DNA from: Pecten maximus
Lineage: Eukaryota
Direction of reading: 5' to 3'
Assembly: GCF_902652985.1 (NCBI RefSeq)
Contig: NC_047028.1
Span: 8,928,001 to 8,992,000 of the forward strand
DNA: 64,000 nucleotides
Of this stretch, positions 28,001 through 39,800 are shown piece by piece; the stretch's first letter is position 1, and each line of letters opens with the position of its first letter. The notes beneath the pieces were generated by a model. That model saw only the letters and a list, made by a program, of their open reading frames with translations. It did not search any database and was not told the DNA's origin. The position numbers and the translations under genes are program-made.

Positions 28001-31000
28001 TTTGATGAAAAGCTGAAAAAACTGAAACACAAAAATAAATCAAAGCAAGAGTCAAAAAGGCGACGTGTGATACGGTCAGATGATAGTAGTGATGAAAATG
28101 AGTCTGATGATAAATCTGATCAGAAATCAAATTCTAAATCAGAGGAAAGTGAAGAAGATGGTGAAAGTGGGGAGGATGAAGAGGAGTCGGAATCTGAAAG
28201 TGACAGAAAACCAAACATTATCAAGAAATCTCGTAAAAGACAGCATTATAAATCTAGTAGCGAGTCCGAATCATCTTCAGATAGCTCTCTTGTCAGGAGA
28301 TCAAGACGCAAAGCTGCCCAAAAAGTCAATTTCACAAGTCTTTTGAATTTCGATTCTGATGACTCTGCTGTATCTAAAAAAAGTGAAAAAGAGGAAGAGA
28401 AGAAGGAAGTGCATGGCAGTGCCAAAAAGAAAAAGACTGTGATACAGGAAGATTCATCAGGGACAGAGGATTACGAGGAGGACAATGTCAAGGAAAAGAA
28501 GGAAGAGGAAGGTGATGTTAAAGAGAGTAAGGCTGATGTGCCTCTCAAAGGTGGTGATTCTAAAAAACAGGAACCTCCTGCAGGGGCAGATAACTCTGAT
28601 GGAAGCATGCCCCCTGGTATTATGGACAGGAGAATGAGTTCAGGCAGCACAGGAGGGTCAGAATCTCAGATGAGTGGACCACAGTTCCCACCACCTCCAC
28701 CCTATGATGACTCAAGTCGGGATCATTTTTCGGATGGCTCCACAGGGGGGCCTTCTCATCCTGTCAGACATCCAAAACCGCAGTACAGTAATGGCTCTCG
28801 ACCTATGGGTCCAGGAAACTTCCCAGGGCAGTCACCTCCTCCATACAGCTCCCCACCTCATGGACAGTACATGTCCCCACCTCCCCAGGGCTATTACCCT
28901 CAACACCAAGGCTACCCACAGATGTACCAGGGTAATGCTTATAATCCTCCAGGACATCCCATGCATCGACCAATGGGGCCTATGCCAGGTCAGGGTATGC
29001 CTCATCAGGGTCAAATGCCAACACAAGGAATGCCACACCAAGGTCAAATGCCACCACAGAATATGAAGTCTCAAGGTCAAATGCCACCGCACAGCATGGC
29101 ACACCAAAGTCAAATGCCACCTCAGGGCATGCCACACCAAGGTCAGATACCCCCACAAAGCATGCCACATCAAGTTCAAATGCCACCACAGGGCATGACA
29201 CATCAAGGTCAGATCCCATCACAGGGAATGTCACACCAAGGACAGAGGACTCCCCAAGACCTGCCTCATCCAGGGCACATGCAACATCAAGGGCAAATGC
29301 CAACACAAGGTTCACCACATCAGAGTCAGATGCGACCTCAAGGAGTACCTCACCAAGGGCAAATGCCTCCACAGAGACCTCCACACCAAGGTCAGATGCC
29401 ACGCCAAGGTATGCCCCATCCGGGTCAGATGTCATCACAAGGAATGCCAAGACCTGGTCAGATGCCTCCACAAGGAATGTCGCATCCAGGTCAGATGCCA
29501 CCCCAGAGAATGCCACATCCAAATCAAATGGCACAACAGGGAATGCTACATCCAGGGCAGATGCCACAAAGAATGTCGCAATCTGGTCAGATGCCACGTG
29601 CAGGAAATATTCCACTTTCCCAAGGGCCTAAACCTCGCATGTTAAATCAGCCGGGTTTAGGTGACAATGCCAACATTAGTCCTTATCCTAATCCAGGAAG
29701 TCAGCCAGTCAACATGACTGGTCCACATGGACCTCCTGGGGCCATTCCACCTGGTCGTTCTATGGCTTCTATGTCCACCCCACAAGGACCTCCTGTGCCA
29801 TCAAACCACCACCTAATGTCTAATCACAGCTCCACAGGAATGCCTGGTCCTCCTGGTCCACCTCCACTGAGACCGAGTCTGACTACATCCCAACATGCTT
29901 TTAAAGCTGGTCTGCAGTCATCTCCCATGGGATCTAGTCCGAGTACTGCACCTGCCCAACCACCTCCCTTAGTTTCAGGTACGAGTAAAAAGGGGAAAAA
30001 TAAGGGGAAAACTAAAAAGGCCAAGTCGGTTTCCATGGGACCAAATAGTACCACACCTAAAAGTCCACCAGTAGGCTCAAGTGCAGGTCCACTTCCCATG
30101 TCACATCCTTTATTGAAGAATGAACCTATGCCAAATACACAAAGTTCTGAAGCAATGACTCCATGTAGCACACAAGAACCCAAGATATCTAGCCCAGATC
30201 ATCCTTGTGATAAAGTTTCTACTCCGATCCCAGTACCGCAGAATCAAGGCCCTCCAAAGTCATCCCAAGGCCCCCTATCACCTACAGAGACCCCCATTGT
30301 GTCTGCTGCTGGTCAAGCACCCCATATTTCACAGACGCCACCAGGAGCAATACCAGTCGACCATGGTACCTCAGTTCCCCCATCAACAAGTGACAGCCAA
30401 ATCTATCAGAACCAAGGGCCTCCTTTTCCAAACCAAGGCCGCAGGTCACCAAATGAAAACCTGTCTTTGTCAAAGCAAGACTCAATATCCCCAAAACATG
30501 GCTCTCAAGTACCAAGCGAAGACCCATTGTCCCCTAATCGTGGGCCTCCAGTGTCTAGTAAAGGGCCAATGTCTCCAAACCATTGCCCTGTGTCAAGTCC
30601 AGGCCCAATTTCCCCAGACTTCTGTCCTGTATCAAGTCAAGGACCAATGCCCTCAAAACAGGGTCCTACATCAGCCAAAGATTCATTGTCATCAAACTAT
30701 GGTCCAACATCACCTAAGGGTCAGATGCCTAAAAATCAAGTTCTGCCAGTATCATCTGATGGTTCTGTACCTCAAAACCAGGGTCCGCAAACATCCTCCC
30801 ATGAACCTAATCCCCAAAACAAGGAACCCTCAACCTCCACAAATGTTCCAGAGCCCCCAAACAAAAGTCCTGCAATTTCAGCTGAAGGGCACATGGCCAT
30901 AAAGCAAGAAAACACAGATCATGGCCCTATGACCTCCAACCAGGGTCCCTCAGTGCCAGCCCAAGGCCCAATGCCCCCAAACCAAAGTCCCCCAATGTGT

Positions 31001-32464
31001 TCCAAAGGCCCAATGCCTCCAACCCAGGGTCCTGCAATGTCTGCCAAAGGCCCAATGCCCCCAAACCAAAGTCCCCCAATGTCTGCCCAAGGCCCAATGC
31101 CCCCTAGCCAGGGTCCTCCAATGTCTGCCCAAGGCCCAATGCCTCCAACCCAGGGTCCTGCAATGTCTGCCAATGGGTCAATGCCCCCAACCCAGGGTCC
31201 TGCAATGTCTGCCCATGGGGCAATGCCACAAAACCAGGGTCCCCCAGTGTCTGCCCAAGGCCTAATGCCACCAAACCAGGGTCCCCCAATGTCTGCCCAT
31301 GGAGCAATGCCACAAAACCAGGGTCCCCCAGTGTCTGCCCAAGGCCTAATGTCACCAAACCAGGGTCCCCCAATGTCTGCCCATGGCCCAATGCCCCAAA
31401 ACCAGGGTCCCCAAATGTCTGTTCATGGTCCGATGCCCCCAATACAAGGCCCTCCAATGTCTGCTCATGGGCCAATTCCACCAAACCAGGGTCCCTCAAT
31501 GCCTGCCCGTGGCCAGATGCTCCCAAATCAAGGTCCCCAAATGTCTGCCCATGGCCCAATGCCCCCAAACCAGGAACCCCCAATGTCTGCACATGGTCCT
31601 ATGCCCCCAAATCAAGGTCCACCAGGTCAGATGCCCCCAGGCCAGAGTTCTCCTATTATGAGCCCCAAAAGTCAGCGAGTTCCCATGCCTCCTCAGGGGG
31701 CACCCCATCCTAGGTCAGGTGCTCCCTTCTCTCCTGGTATGTACCCAGGACCTCCCATGGGTAACTTTCCTCCAGGATATCCTGGACCTTATGGCTCACC
31801 TCCTCACATGCCACCAATGCGTCCCATGGCTCAAAATCAGGCTAGATTCAGTTCCCATTCTGGAACTGAACTTCCTGAACCGGCTAAACCTGCGAAAGGT
31901 AAAAAGGGGAAAGGAAAAAAGAAAAGTGGGACTAAAACTGCAGCAAACCAACAAAACCCAGCATCCTTTCCATCGGGAATGCATCCCGGGCAGATGGGTC
32001 CCCACCAGGCTCCCGTAGGGATATATCCATACCCAGGTGGGCCTGGGGGTCCTGAGGGACATATGGGAGCTCCTAGACAATACGGCCCCTACCCAGGTCA
32101 GTACTACGGGCCCCAGTATGGTCCTGGTGATAGACATCCTCATCCAGGAATGCCCCCAAGGGGCTACCCTTATGGTGCTAATGGAACTGGTCCCCCTCCC
32201 ATGGGCCACACACCAAATGGAGGCAGTGGGGGAGGTGGCTTCATGATTGACAAGCTGTTAGAGAAGGAACCTAAGAAACAAATGGGAAATTTAACAGAGC
32301 TGGATCCTAGTGGTGGCGGTGGTGGGAGACCTATGCCTCCGCAATGTGGGCGCCCAGACTACACAAGTTATACTGCCGAACCAGAGGACGAGGACAGTAT
32401 GTCAGACATTGCTGATATTGTAAAGTATGTTACAAATGACGAGTTCTTCAAGGAGAAAGAGTAA
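6905..32464 (+). CDS. RSF1: Remodeling and spacing factor 1 (ISWI partner), 16 exons, about 2943 aa: join(6905-7049,8577-8671,9043-9135,9522-9650,9968-10044,13097-13185,13795-15977,16549-16927,18462-18544,19128-19232,19470-19549,20599-20650,21674-21920,25402-25639,26472-26635,27792-32464)
   Basis: Hand-spliced; all GT-AG, phases consistent, total 8832 nt. Diagnostic RSF1 motifs: [27 protein letters not shown] (CCKC...[33 protein letters not shown]), [21 protein letters not shown]. Confidence 0.93.
8577..8671 (+). CDS. RSF1: RSF1 exon 2
   Basis: [32 protein letters not shown]; TAG acceptor, GTGAG donor. Confidence 0.92.
9043..9135 (+). CDS. RSF1: RSF1 exon 3
   Basis: [31 protein letters not shown]; GTAAG donor. 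Confidence 0.92.
9522..9650 (+). CDS. RSF1: RSF1 exon 4
   Basis: [14 protein letters not shown]...[19 protein letters not shown]; GTAAGT donor. Confidence 0.93.
9968..10044 (+). CDS. RSF1: RSF1 exon 5
   Basis: [25 protein letters not shown](R); donor CAG|GTAAAA, phase 2. Confidence 0.9.
10042..12922. repeat. 57/60-bp minisatellite, about 50 copies, starting at the exon 5 donor
   Basis: Unit caggtaaaacattaaccccaggagaagtaagcctgtttatctcacttatataaagga. Confidence 0.97.
13097..13185 (+). CDS. RSF1: RSF1 exon 6
   Basis: [29 protein letters not shown]; phases 2 and 1 fit the neighbouring exons. Confidence 0.9.
13465..13748 (+). mobile_element. Helentron-associated (HINE/DINE-like) non-autonomous element
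   Basis: Sub-terminal IR agtcccc...ggggact, (GTCY)n microsatellite, aaacttggt motif, 3' hairpin gtattgc..gcaatac, T-rich ends. Confidence 0.6.
13795..15977 (+). CDS. RSF1: RSF1 exon 7 (K/E/D/S-rich disordered region)
   Basis: Lies in the 805-aa ORF; acceptor TTACAG at 13794, donor AAG|GTGATA. Confidence 0.88.
16549..16927 (+). CDS. RSF1: RSF1 exon 8
   Basis: [10 protein letters not shown]...RRQAAI; GTAAGT donor, phase 1. Confidence 0.85.
17155..17970 (+). mobile_element. Helentron-type non-autonomous element(s), degraded
   Basis: cccaccatc..gatggtg hairpin, gtcc microsatellite, tgaccttga motif, terminal tgaacgattcaggcc..gacctc-T run. Boundaries approximate. Confidence 0.45.
18019..18358. 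mobile_element. MITE with 15-bp TIRs and 5-bp TSD
   Basis: TIR cagggctcaaagtgg / ccactttgagccctg; ATGGC duplicated at 18014-18018 and 18359-18363. Confidence 0.8.
18462..18544 (+). CDS. RSF1: RSF1 exon 9 (PHD start)
   Basis: [27 protein letters not shown]. Confidence 0.93.
19128..19232 (+). CDS. RSF1: RSF1 exon 10 (PHD finger)
   Basis: [35 protein letters not shown]. Confidence 0.96.
19470..19549 (+). CDS. RSF1: RSF1 exon 11
   Basis: [26 protein letters not shown](R). Confidence 0.93.
19878..20490 (+). mobile_element. Helentron-type non-autonomous element with two internal repeat units
   Basis: Repeated ggtcctgac.aagtgt.gtt and tccaagatggcc blocks; terminal hairpin aggcccatgggcct followed by cttgtttt. 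Confidence 0.55.
20599..20650 (+). CDS. RSF1: RSF1 exon 12
   Basis: [17 protein letters not shown]. Confidence 0.93.
20860..21112 (+). mobile_element. Helentron-type non-autonomous element fragment
   Basis: ccccta...ggggactatagg IR, (CCAT/CCGT) microsatellite, ggtcactgttac, T-rich end. Confidence 0.45.
21265..21657. repeat. 33-bp minisatellite, about 12 copies, ending just before the exon 13 acceptor
   Basis: Unit aaggtaccctgagaaatgtcctagtttataact. Confidence 0.95.
21674..21920 (+). CDS. RSF1: RSF1 exon 13
   Basis: ELKENIEP...[25 protein letters not shown]; donor GAAG|GTGAGA, phase 1. Confidence 0.9.
21909..24445. repeat. 54-bp minisatellite, about 47 copies, containing the last 12 nt of exon 13 plus its donor
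   Basis: Unit cctggacagaaggtgagaaaccagatgtttgactctcgttaacggttttatata. Confidence 0.97.
24484..25097. mobile_element. Tc1/mariner-pogo-type MITE
   Basis: TA|cagtaaaacctg ... caggtttgactg|TA termini with sub-terminal repeats. Confidence 0.75.
25402..25639 (+). CDS. RSF1: RSF1 exon 14
   Basis: [16 protein letters not shown]...EEYQLS; GTAAGT donor, phase 2. Confidence 0.9.
26472..26635 (+). CDS. RSF1: RSF1 exon 15
   Basis: [15 protein letters not shown]...RFDDF; GTAAG donor, phase 1. Confidence 0.9.
27792..32464 (+). CDS. RSF1: RSF1 exon 16 (terminal; acidic/basic region plus P/Q/G/M-rich tail)
   Basis: Lies in the 1608-aa ORF; acceptor TTTCAG at 27791 matches phase 1; stop TAA at 32462-32464. 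Confidence 0.9.
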
Positions 32465-35400
32465 CGTAATAGCATTGAGAACATTTCGAGCCTGTGTCTG
32501 ACTAGGTAACATTACCAAAGATTACTTTATCCATGTGGAATGTTTAGTGTGGGCATGGCAATAATAGAACAGTTCTCTTGATTGTGTTGGAGGTTCTTTG
32601 TGAAGAGACAATGATTTCCATGCAGACATGGTATACAATGTGACATTTATATCAGCATGCTTTGAGGTCTCCCATCAAATATGTATTTCAATCTTTAAAA
32701 TGTAAATATTATAGCCATTGAACGTTTTCATTGTCAATATGAATGCAATCTGGTTGACATTAATAATGGACATCATTTTAATTGTCATCCAAATTGCATT
32801 CATATACACAAATATTATTCTATGACCTCTCAATGATAAAGTATGTATGTAGTTGTAATGTCATAATCCACCTTATTGAGATGTAATGAAGAACGATCCT
32901 TGTAAATTGAAGTTACACTATTTTTTGTTCAGCAGGTATTCTTTTTATTTTTTTTCAGTATGCATGGCACATGGCATGCTTGTAAAAGTGAAGAACAAAA
33001 TGTGATAATTCACCAAAAACATAGGTACATAATTAACCTGGACTTAATTTTATTGACAGAAATCAATTCTCATCAAAATTTATATGGAGATGAAGGGGTA
33101 TCAAACTGACTGAATGTTTACCTGAGGACAGACCTGTAATACAATGTACCTTACAATGTACCTGTTTACCTGAGGACCTGTAATACAGGTTGGAACAATT
33201 AAAATCTTTTTAAAACTTTTGATAGCATAAACATTTTCAGGGATAGATCTATGTTTTTGGTGAGAATTCTTGTTTTATATTCATGTAAAAACTCTTTATC
33301 ATGTCATTTGAATGTTTAAAATTCCTCATTTGATGTCCAGACTAACAATTATTTTCTCCCCTTGATTTAAAGAGTTTAATGTGTTACCTTAATAGTTGCT
33401 TATTTGACTTCAATTAATTGTTGAAGATTTTGCTACCTCCTTCCATCACAAATATACTTTGTGCCATATCTTTTCATTCTCATTCAACATCCCATCATTT
33501 CATATAATTTACATGAAAAAGTACTACAATATTTTTATCGTCCTTGATTACAAAGTTTTATAACGTTGGCCTGTTTCCCATTTAATCTTCACCTGAAGAG
33601 ATTCATATATGTGTACAAAATTATGTCATTTGACCATGGATTGACCCCTTGAACCCCAGATCTCCAGTAAATCCATGAAAATACCGAAACCCCTTATAAC
33701 AATTATTGGTACATAATCCTGAATGTAAAACATGGTATTTTGTGAAGAAATACTTAAATAAAATCTATGTTGTTTATAACAATATATAACGAACATTTAT
33801 TTTTCCATGCTCATGAAAATGACCAAAAGAAACATACTTACATTTGTTGACACACACACACACAAAATTATAATTAAAATATTTAAGATTAATTGTTTAT
33901 GAGATATACTGAAATCAAGATACAGTATGAAGGTTTGTTCTATCAAGCTATAAGATGATTAGGTAATTCTCATATTACATCATTAGATCGTTCATTAGGG
34001 GCTTCCAGACTGGCTGTATCACAGCGGTGCCAAACGTCTTAGTATTTAACCTTTAACCTCTCTCAGTCGTTGTTGACATTTCACCCTGCCGTTTTTAACC
34101 ATTCCATTACAAGTTTTCACCCACTCACTCTCTTGAAACAATGTTTTCTATAATATGTCGCTAACAAGATTCTGCTCAGGACTGGATCCCCCACATCATA
34201 GAATTAACTATTGTAAAGTATTTCTAATCCTTAGTATTGTCGTCCCGGGGTGGGGGTTGTACATCAGGTAAGTGTACGTTAGGGGGTACAGTCCTGCCCT
34301 TGAAAGCGTTGTTGTGCTGATTCTCCTAAGCTATGTTTTTACACCATTTGTTACCATTGTTGCTTTATTTGTTAGTGGTCAGTTATATATAACTTTTATA
34401 TATTAAATAACCTGGTATTCCAAAGCACTTGTAAAGGGAATCTGGTATTCCACATATGATTTTATTGGGAATCCATGTCTCGCACTTTTCTTCCTAAATA
34501 AACTCGGAAGAATCACCCATCACATATATTGTCATTAGAAGATATCATGAATGTTATTCTTTATATTCAATATTACGTCCATTTTCTCTGTTGTTATGTG
34601 TTAAAATCATAGATAGTATACTAGTTATATCCCCTTTAGTGAGTTGTCTGCCCTTGTGTAAGTATTTTATAATTGTATTCCTATATGTTAATTTATTTAC
34701 CATAAAAATGTATTAGAAATTAGCATTTTCCATAAGAGTATTGTACATTTATTGGATTCTTGTCTAAAATTGTTGATCAATGTCACTGCTAGGATATTTT
34801 GTGAATGGAATATATTTCTATAGAAAGGGACACAAAATATTAATGATACTGTATTAACAGTCATTTGCATAGCCACCTTGAGTGTCCATTTGTACATTGT
34901 TGATATTTTAGTGTTTATTTTGTTCGACTCCATTGCCTCTATATTAAAGCTTGGAGTTTTAACCTACTTGGACAAAAGTAGAGCTATTAGATCTGAGCCT
35001 GATTAATGTACCTTTAAGGTCCGTTAAAGTTGACCTATGAAGTCAAACTGGTTGTATTTGTTAATCATCAAGCTGTATATATGGTAATTATGAAAGGGGT
35101 GCAAGTTCATTCTAGTAGATAATTCATTATTACATCATGTAGGTATATTTGTATGGGAACTGCTGAATTGATCGTTAATGTCCAGATATTCCAGGTTCGG
35201 ATATAAATCTGCATCCCAATCATCTGTTACCAACCTTAAAAAAGGTTTTACACTATTTAGATGCAGATGTCTTGAACATTTGTCAATATTCGGCAGATTA
35301 CGTACCTGAACCCATGTTACCGGAATCAGCCGAGGTTAGCCGAAGTTAGCTGATCGTCTAGTGCGTTTACATATCAGTATGCATGTAATCGTTCCCTGTG

Positions 35401-36874
35401 TTGTGTATTCTATAATCATGTAGGTGTACAGTTAAACATGAGAGACTGAAGCTGATAGAGTGTGTAGCTATTAAAACAATGTACACATGTGCACATTAAA
35501 GTTGTGTGTATGTTTTCATGCTTGTTTTATGAGAGAAATGTTGTAAATAGGATTTTTATGAAGTAGGTTCATTCAAAAGTATTGTATAATATGTGTAATG
35601 AAACTAGTTGTTTTATTAAAAGCATGCTTAATCACATCTTGCAATGTTGACTAGACAGATAATAGTACCTATACCAATAGCTCCTCGTTTTCTTACCTAC
35701 TGTTTTTGTAACAAAAATACTAAACTAGATATGTTTGTTGAGAAACATTTTCGTCAATTTTCAGCTTTATTGAAGTTAATTTTAAAAGTGAACCTTGATC
35801 TCATGTACTCTTCACTGAAACAGAGAATCTGACAGAAAACCTGAGACCGATTTGCATTCTTGGTGATATTGAAGCTTGGATCTATTTTGGTCTCGTAATT
35901 TGTTCAAGCTGTACAAGTTTTAAACCAAAATGTTATACAGTATATACAAAGGTAGTAAATGTCTGTTCAGAAAAAATCTAGATACAACCTTTGCCATGTG
36001 GGTTGTGTCATATTGTTAATGGCAATATATCGGTTAACTCCGTAAAATATCGGAACCAAACCGAGTCTTAACGTAATTAGCCGAGATGTTAAAATTAGGC
36101 ATGCTCTACGCAATTTTGACCACCATTTACATAATGATGGATGATATTTGCAAATAGTATCTTTTTTATTCTTGTATGTTAGGGTTGTAAATGAAATTTT
36201 GAGAGAATGTTAAGAAATTGTCCGTATGTTTTCATCAATTTTACACATTTCGTTTATATTTATCATTGTATGTATTTGTATAAAATGCTTATATCTTTTT
36301 GTGGGTATGATCAAAGTTTGTTGAAATATAGCAAAGAGGGAAAAGAAATACGTGTGTGTGTGTGCGCGATTGTTGGTGTAATGAAGATGAACAGAGTGTG
36401 TGATTTGCGGACAGCAGCCATCGTAATAATTGTATATATACTCTCTGTCGGCATATGATGAAGAGAAATAGCCATGTTTTGTAGCGTAATGGTATATATG
36501 AAGCCTGTGTGGTATACCCTGTATGAGTGTGTGGTGCCAGTGCATGCCTGACGGGGCCAGAGTGCTGTGAATGTGAGTAGAGCGGCATACAATGTCACAA
36601 GTAAGTGTTGTGTACCGATACCAGTCCATTGTCGGGTGTCGGAAAACGTGGACATTACTACCTGTCTACATACAAAAGATTTCAAATTAAAATAATTAGA
36701 GGTCTTATATATATATTGTCTTTGTTCTTCAATGACAGGTAAACCGGTGACAGATGAAGTCTTTCGCTATTCTTGTGACGAACTGACACACCCGATATTA
36801 GTACATTTAGATACAAATGATAGTTATATTCATAGCACCATAATGAATTAAACCTCAGTATACAGCTGTCTTTC

Positions 36875-39800
36875 GAGACAAAACAGGACACCTTCAAATG
36901 TAGACAAAGCAGGACATCTTCGAATGTAGACAAAGCAGGACACCTTCAAATAGACAAAACAGGACACCTTCGAATAGGACAAAGCAGGACACCTTCGAAT
37001 GTATACAAAGAAGGACACCTGCTAATGTAGACAAAGCAGGACACCTTCAAATGTAGAGACAGACCAGGACACCTTCAAATGTAGACAAAACAGGACACCT
37101 TCAAATGTATACAAAGAAGGACACCTTCAAATGTAGACAGACCAGGACACCTTCAAATAGACAAAAAAAGGACACCTGCAAATGTAGACAAAACAGGACA
37201 CCTTCAAATAGACAAAATAGTCCACCTTCATATGTAGACAAAACCGGACACCTTCATATGTAGACAAACCAGGACACCGTCATATGTAGACAAAGCATGA
37301 CTTCTTAAAATGTAGACAAAAAAGGATACCTTCAAACTGACAAAACAGGACACCTCCATATGTAGACAAACCAGGACTCCTTCAAATAGACAAAACATGA
37401 CACCTTCAAATAGACAAAAAAAGACACCTTCATATGTAGACAAAGCAAGGCACCTTCAAATGTATACAAAATAGGACACTCAAATGTAGACGAACGAGGA
37501 CATCTTCAAATAGACAAAAGGACACATGCTAATGTAGACAAAACAAGACACCTTCATATGTAGACAACCAGGACACCTTCAAATAGACAAAAGGACACCT
37601 GCTAATGTAGACAAAACAAGACACCTTCATATGTAGACAACCAGGACACCTTCAAATGTAGACAAAACCGGACACCTTCATATGTAGACAAAACATCACA
37701 CCTTCATATGTATACAAAGCAGGACACCTTCAAACAGACAAAACAGGACACCTCCGTATGTAGACAAAGCAGGACACCTTCAAATGTAGACAAAACAGGA
37801 CACCTTCAAATGTAGACAAAACATCACACCTTCATATGTATGCAAACCAGGACACCTTCAAACAGACAAAACAGGACACCTCCGTATGTAGACAAAGCAG
37901 GACACCTTCAAATGTAGACAAAACAGGACACCTTCAAACTGACAAAACAGGACACCTCCATATGTAGACATGGCAGGGCACCTTCAAATGTAGACAAAAC
38001 AGGTCACCGTCATATGTAGACAAAACAGGATACCTCCAAAAAGACAAAATAGGAGACCTTCATATGTAGACAAAGAAGGACACCTGCGTATGTAGACAAA
38101 ACAGGACACCTGCAAATGTAGACAAAAAAAGGACACCTCCAAAAAGACAAAATAGTCCACCTTCATATGCAGACAAACCAGGACACCTTAAAATGTAGAC
38201 AAAACATGACACCTTTGTATGTAGACAAACTTGGACACCTGCAAATGTAGACAAAGCAAGTCACCTTCAAATGTAGACAAAACAGGACACCTTAAAATAG
38301 ACAAAAAGAGGACACCTTCAAATAGACAAAACAGGACACCTCCATATGTAGACAAAAAAGGACACCTTCATATGTAGACTTGGTTTTGGTTTGTTTTTGT
38401 TTAACGTCCTATTAACAGTCGGGGTCATTTAAGGACGTGCCAGGTTTTGGAGGTGGAGGAAAGCCGGAGTACCAGGAGAAAAACCACCGGCCTACGGTCA
38501 GTACCTGGCAACTGCCCCACGTAGGTTTCGAGCTCGCAACCCAGAGGTGGAGGGCTAGTGATAAAGTGTCGGGACACCTTAACCACTCGGCCACCGCGGC
38601 CCCTTCATCATCATATGTAGACAAACCAGGACACCTTCATATGTAGACAAAGCATGACTTCTTAAAATGTAGACAAAACAGGAAACCGTCATATGTAGAC
38701 AAAATAGGACACCTTCAAATGTATACAAAATAGGACACCTTCAAATAGACAAAACAGGACACCTTCAAATGTATACAAAGAAGGACACCTGCTAATGTAG
38801 ACAAAACAAGATACCTTCAAATGTAGACAAACCAGGACACCTTCATATTAAGACAAAACAGGACACCTTCAAATAGACAAAAAAGGACACCTTCAATTGT
38901 AGACAAAACAGGACACCTTCAAATGTAGACAAAGCAGGACATCTTCAAATAGACAAAACATGACACCTTCAAATAGACAAAACAGGACACCTGCTAATGC
39001 AGACAAAGCAAGACACCTTCAAATGTAGACAAAACAGGACACCGTCATATGTAAACAAAATAGGACACCTTCAAATGTATACAAAATAGGATACCTTTAA
39101 ATGTAGACAAAGGAGGACACCTTCAAATAGACAAAAAGGACACCTGCAAATGTAGACAAACAAGACACCTTCATATGTAGACAAATCAGGACACCTTCAA
39201 ATAGACAAAAAAATGACACCTGCAAATGTAGACAAAACAGGACACCCCCAAAAAGACAAAATAGGACACCTTCATTTGTAGAAAACCAGAAGACACCTTA
39301 AATTAGACAAACATGACACCTTCATATGTTAACAAAGAAGACACCTCAATAGACAAACAGGAACCTTCAAACTAAGACACAATAAACAGCACCATTCAAA
39401 TGAAAAAAGGACACCTTCATAAAGACAAAACAGGACCCTGCAAATATAGACAAAAGCAGGACACCCTTTAAAGACAAACAACCTTCAAAATAGACAAAAC
39501 AACAACACCTCATATGTAGACAACAACAACTTCAATTAAAGACACAAAGCCAAACCAGAGCAAAACAGGACACCCTTCTATAGACAAAGCAACACCTTCA
39601 AAGTAGACAAAACAGGACACCTTCAAATGTAGACAAAACATCACGCCTTCATATGTATACAAAGCAGGACACCTTCAAACAGACAAAACAGGACACCTCC
39701 GTATGTAGACAAAGCAGGACACCTTCAAATGTAGACAAAACAGGACACCTTCAAACTGACAAAACAGGACACCTCCATATGTAGACAAGGCAGGACACCT

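Noticed and set aside
38520-38603. tRNA gene
   Set aside because: It is the head of a TSD-flanked SINE.
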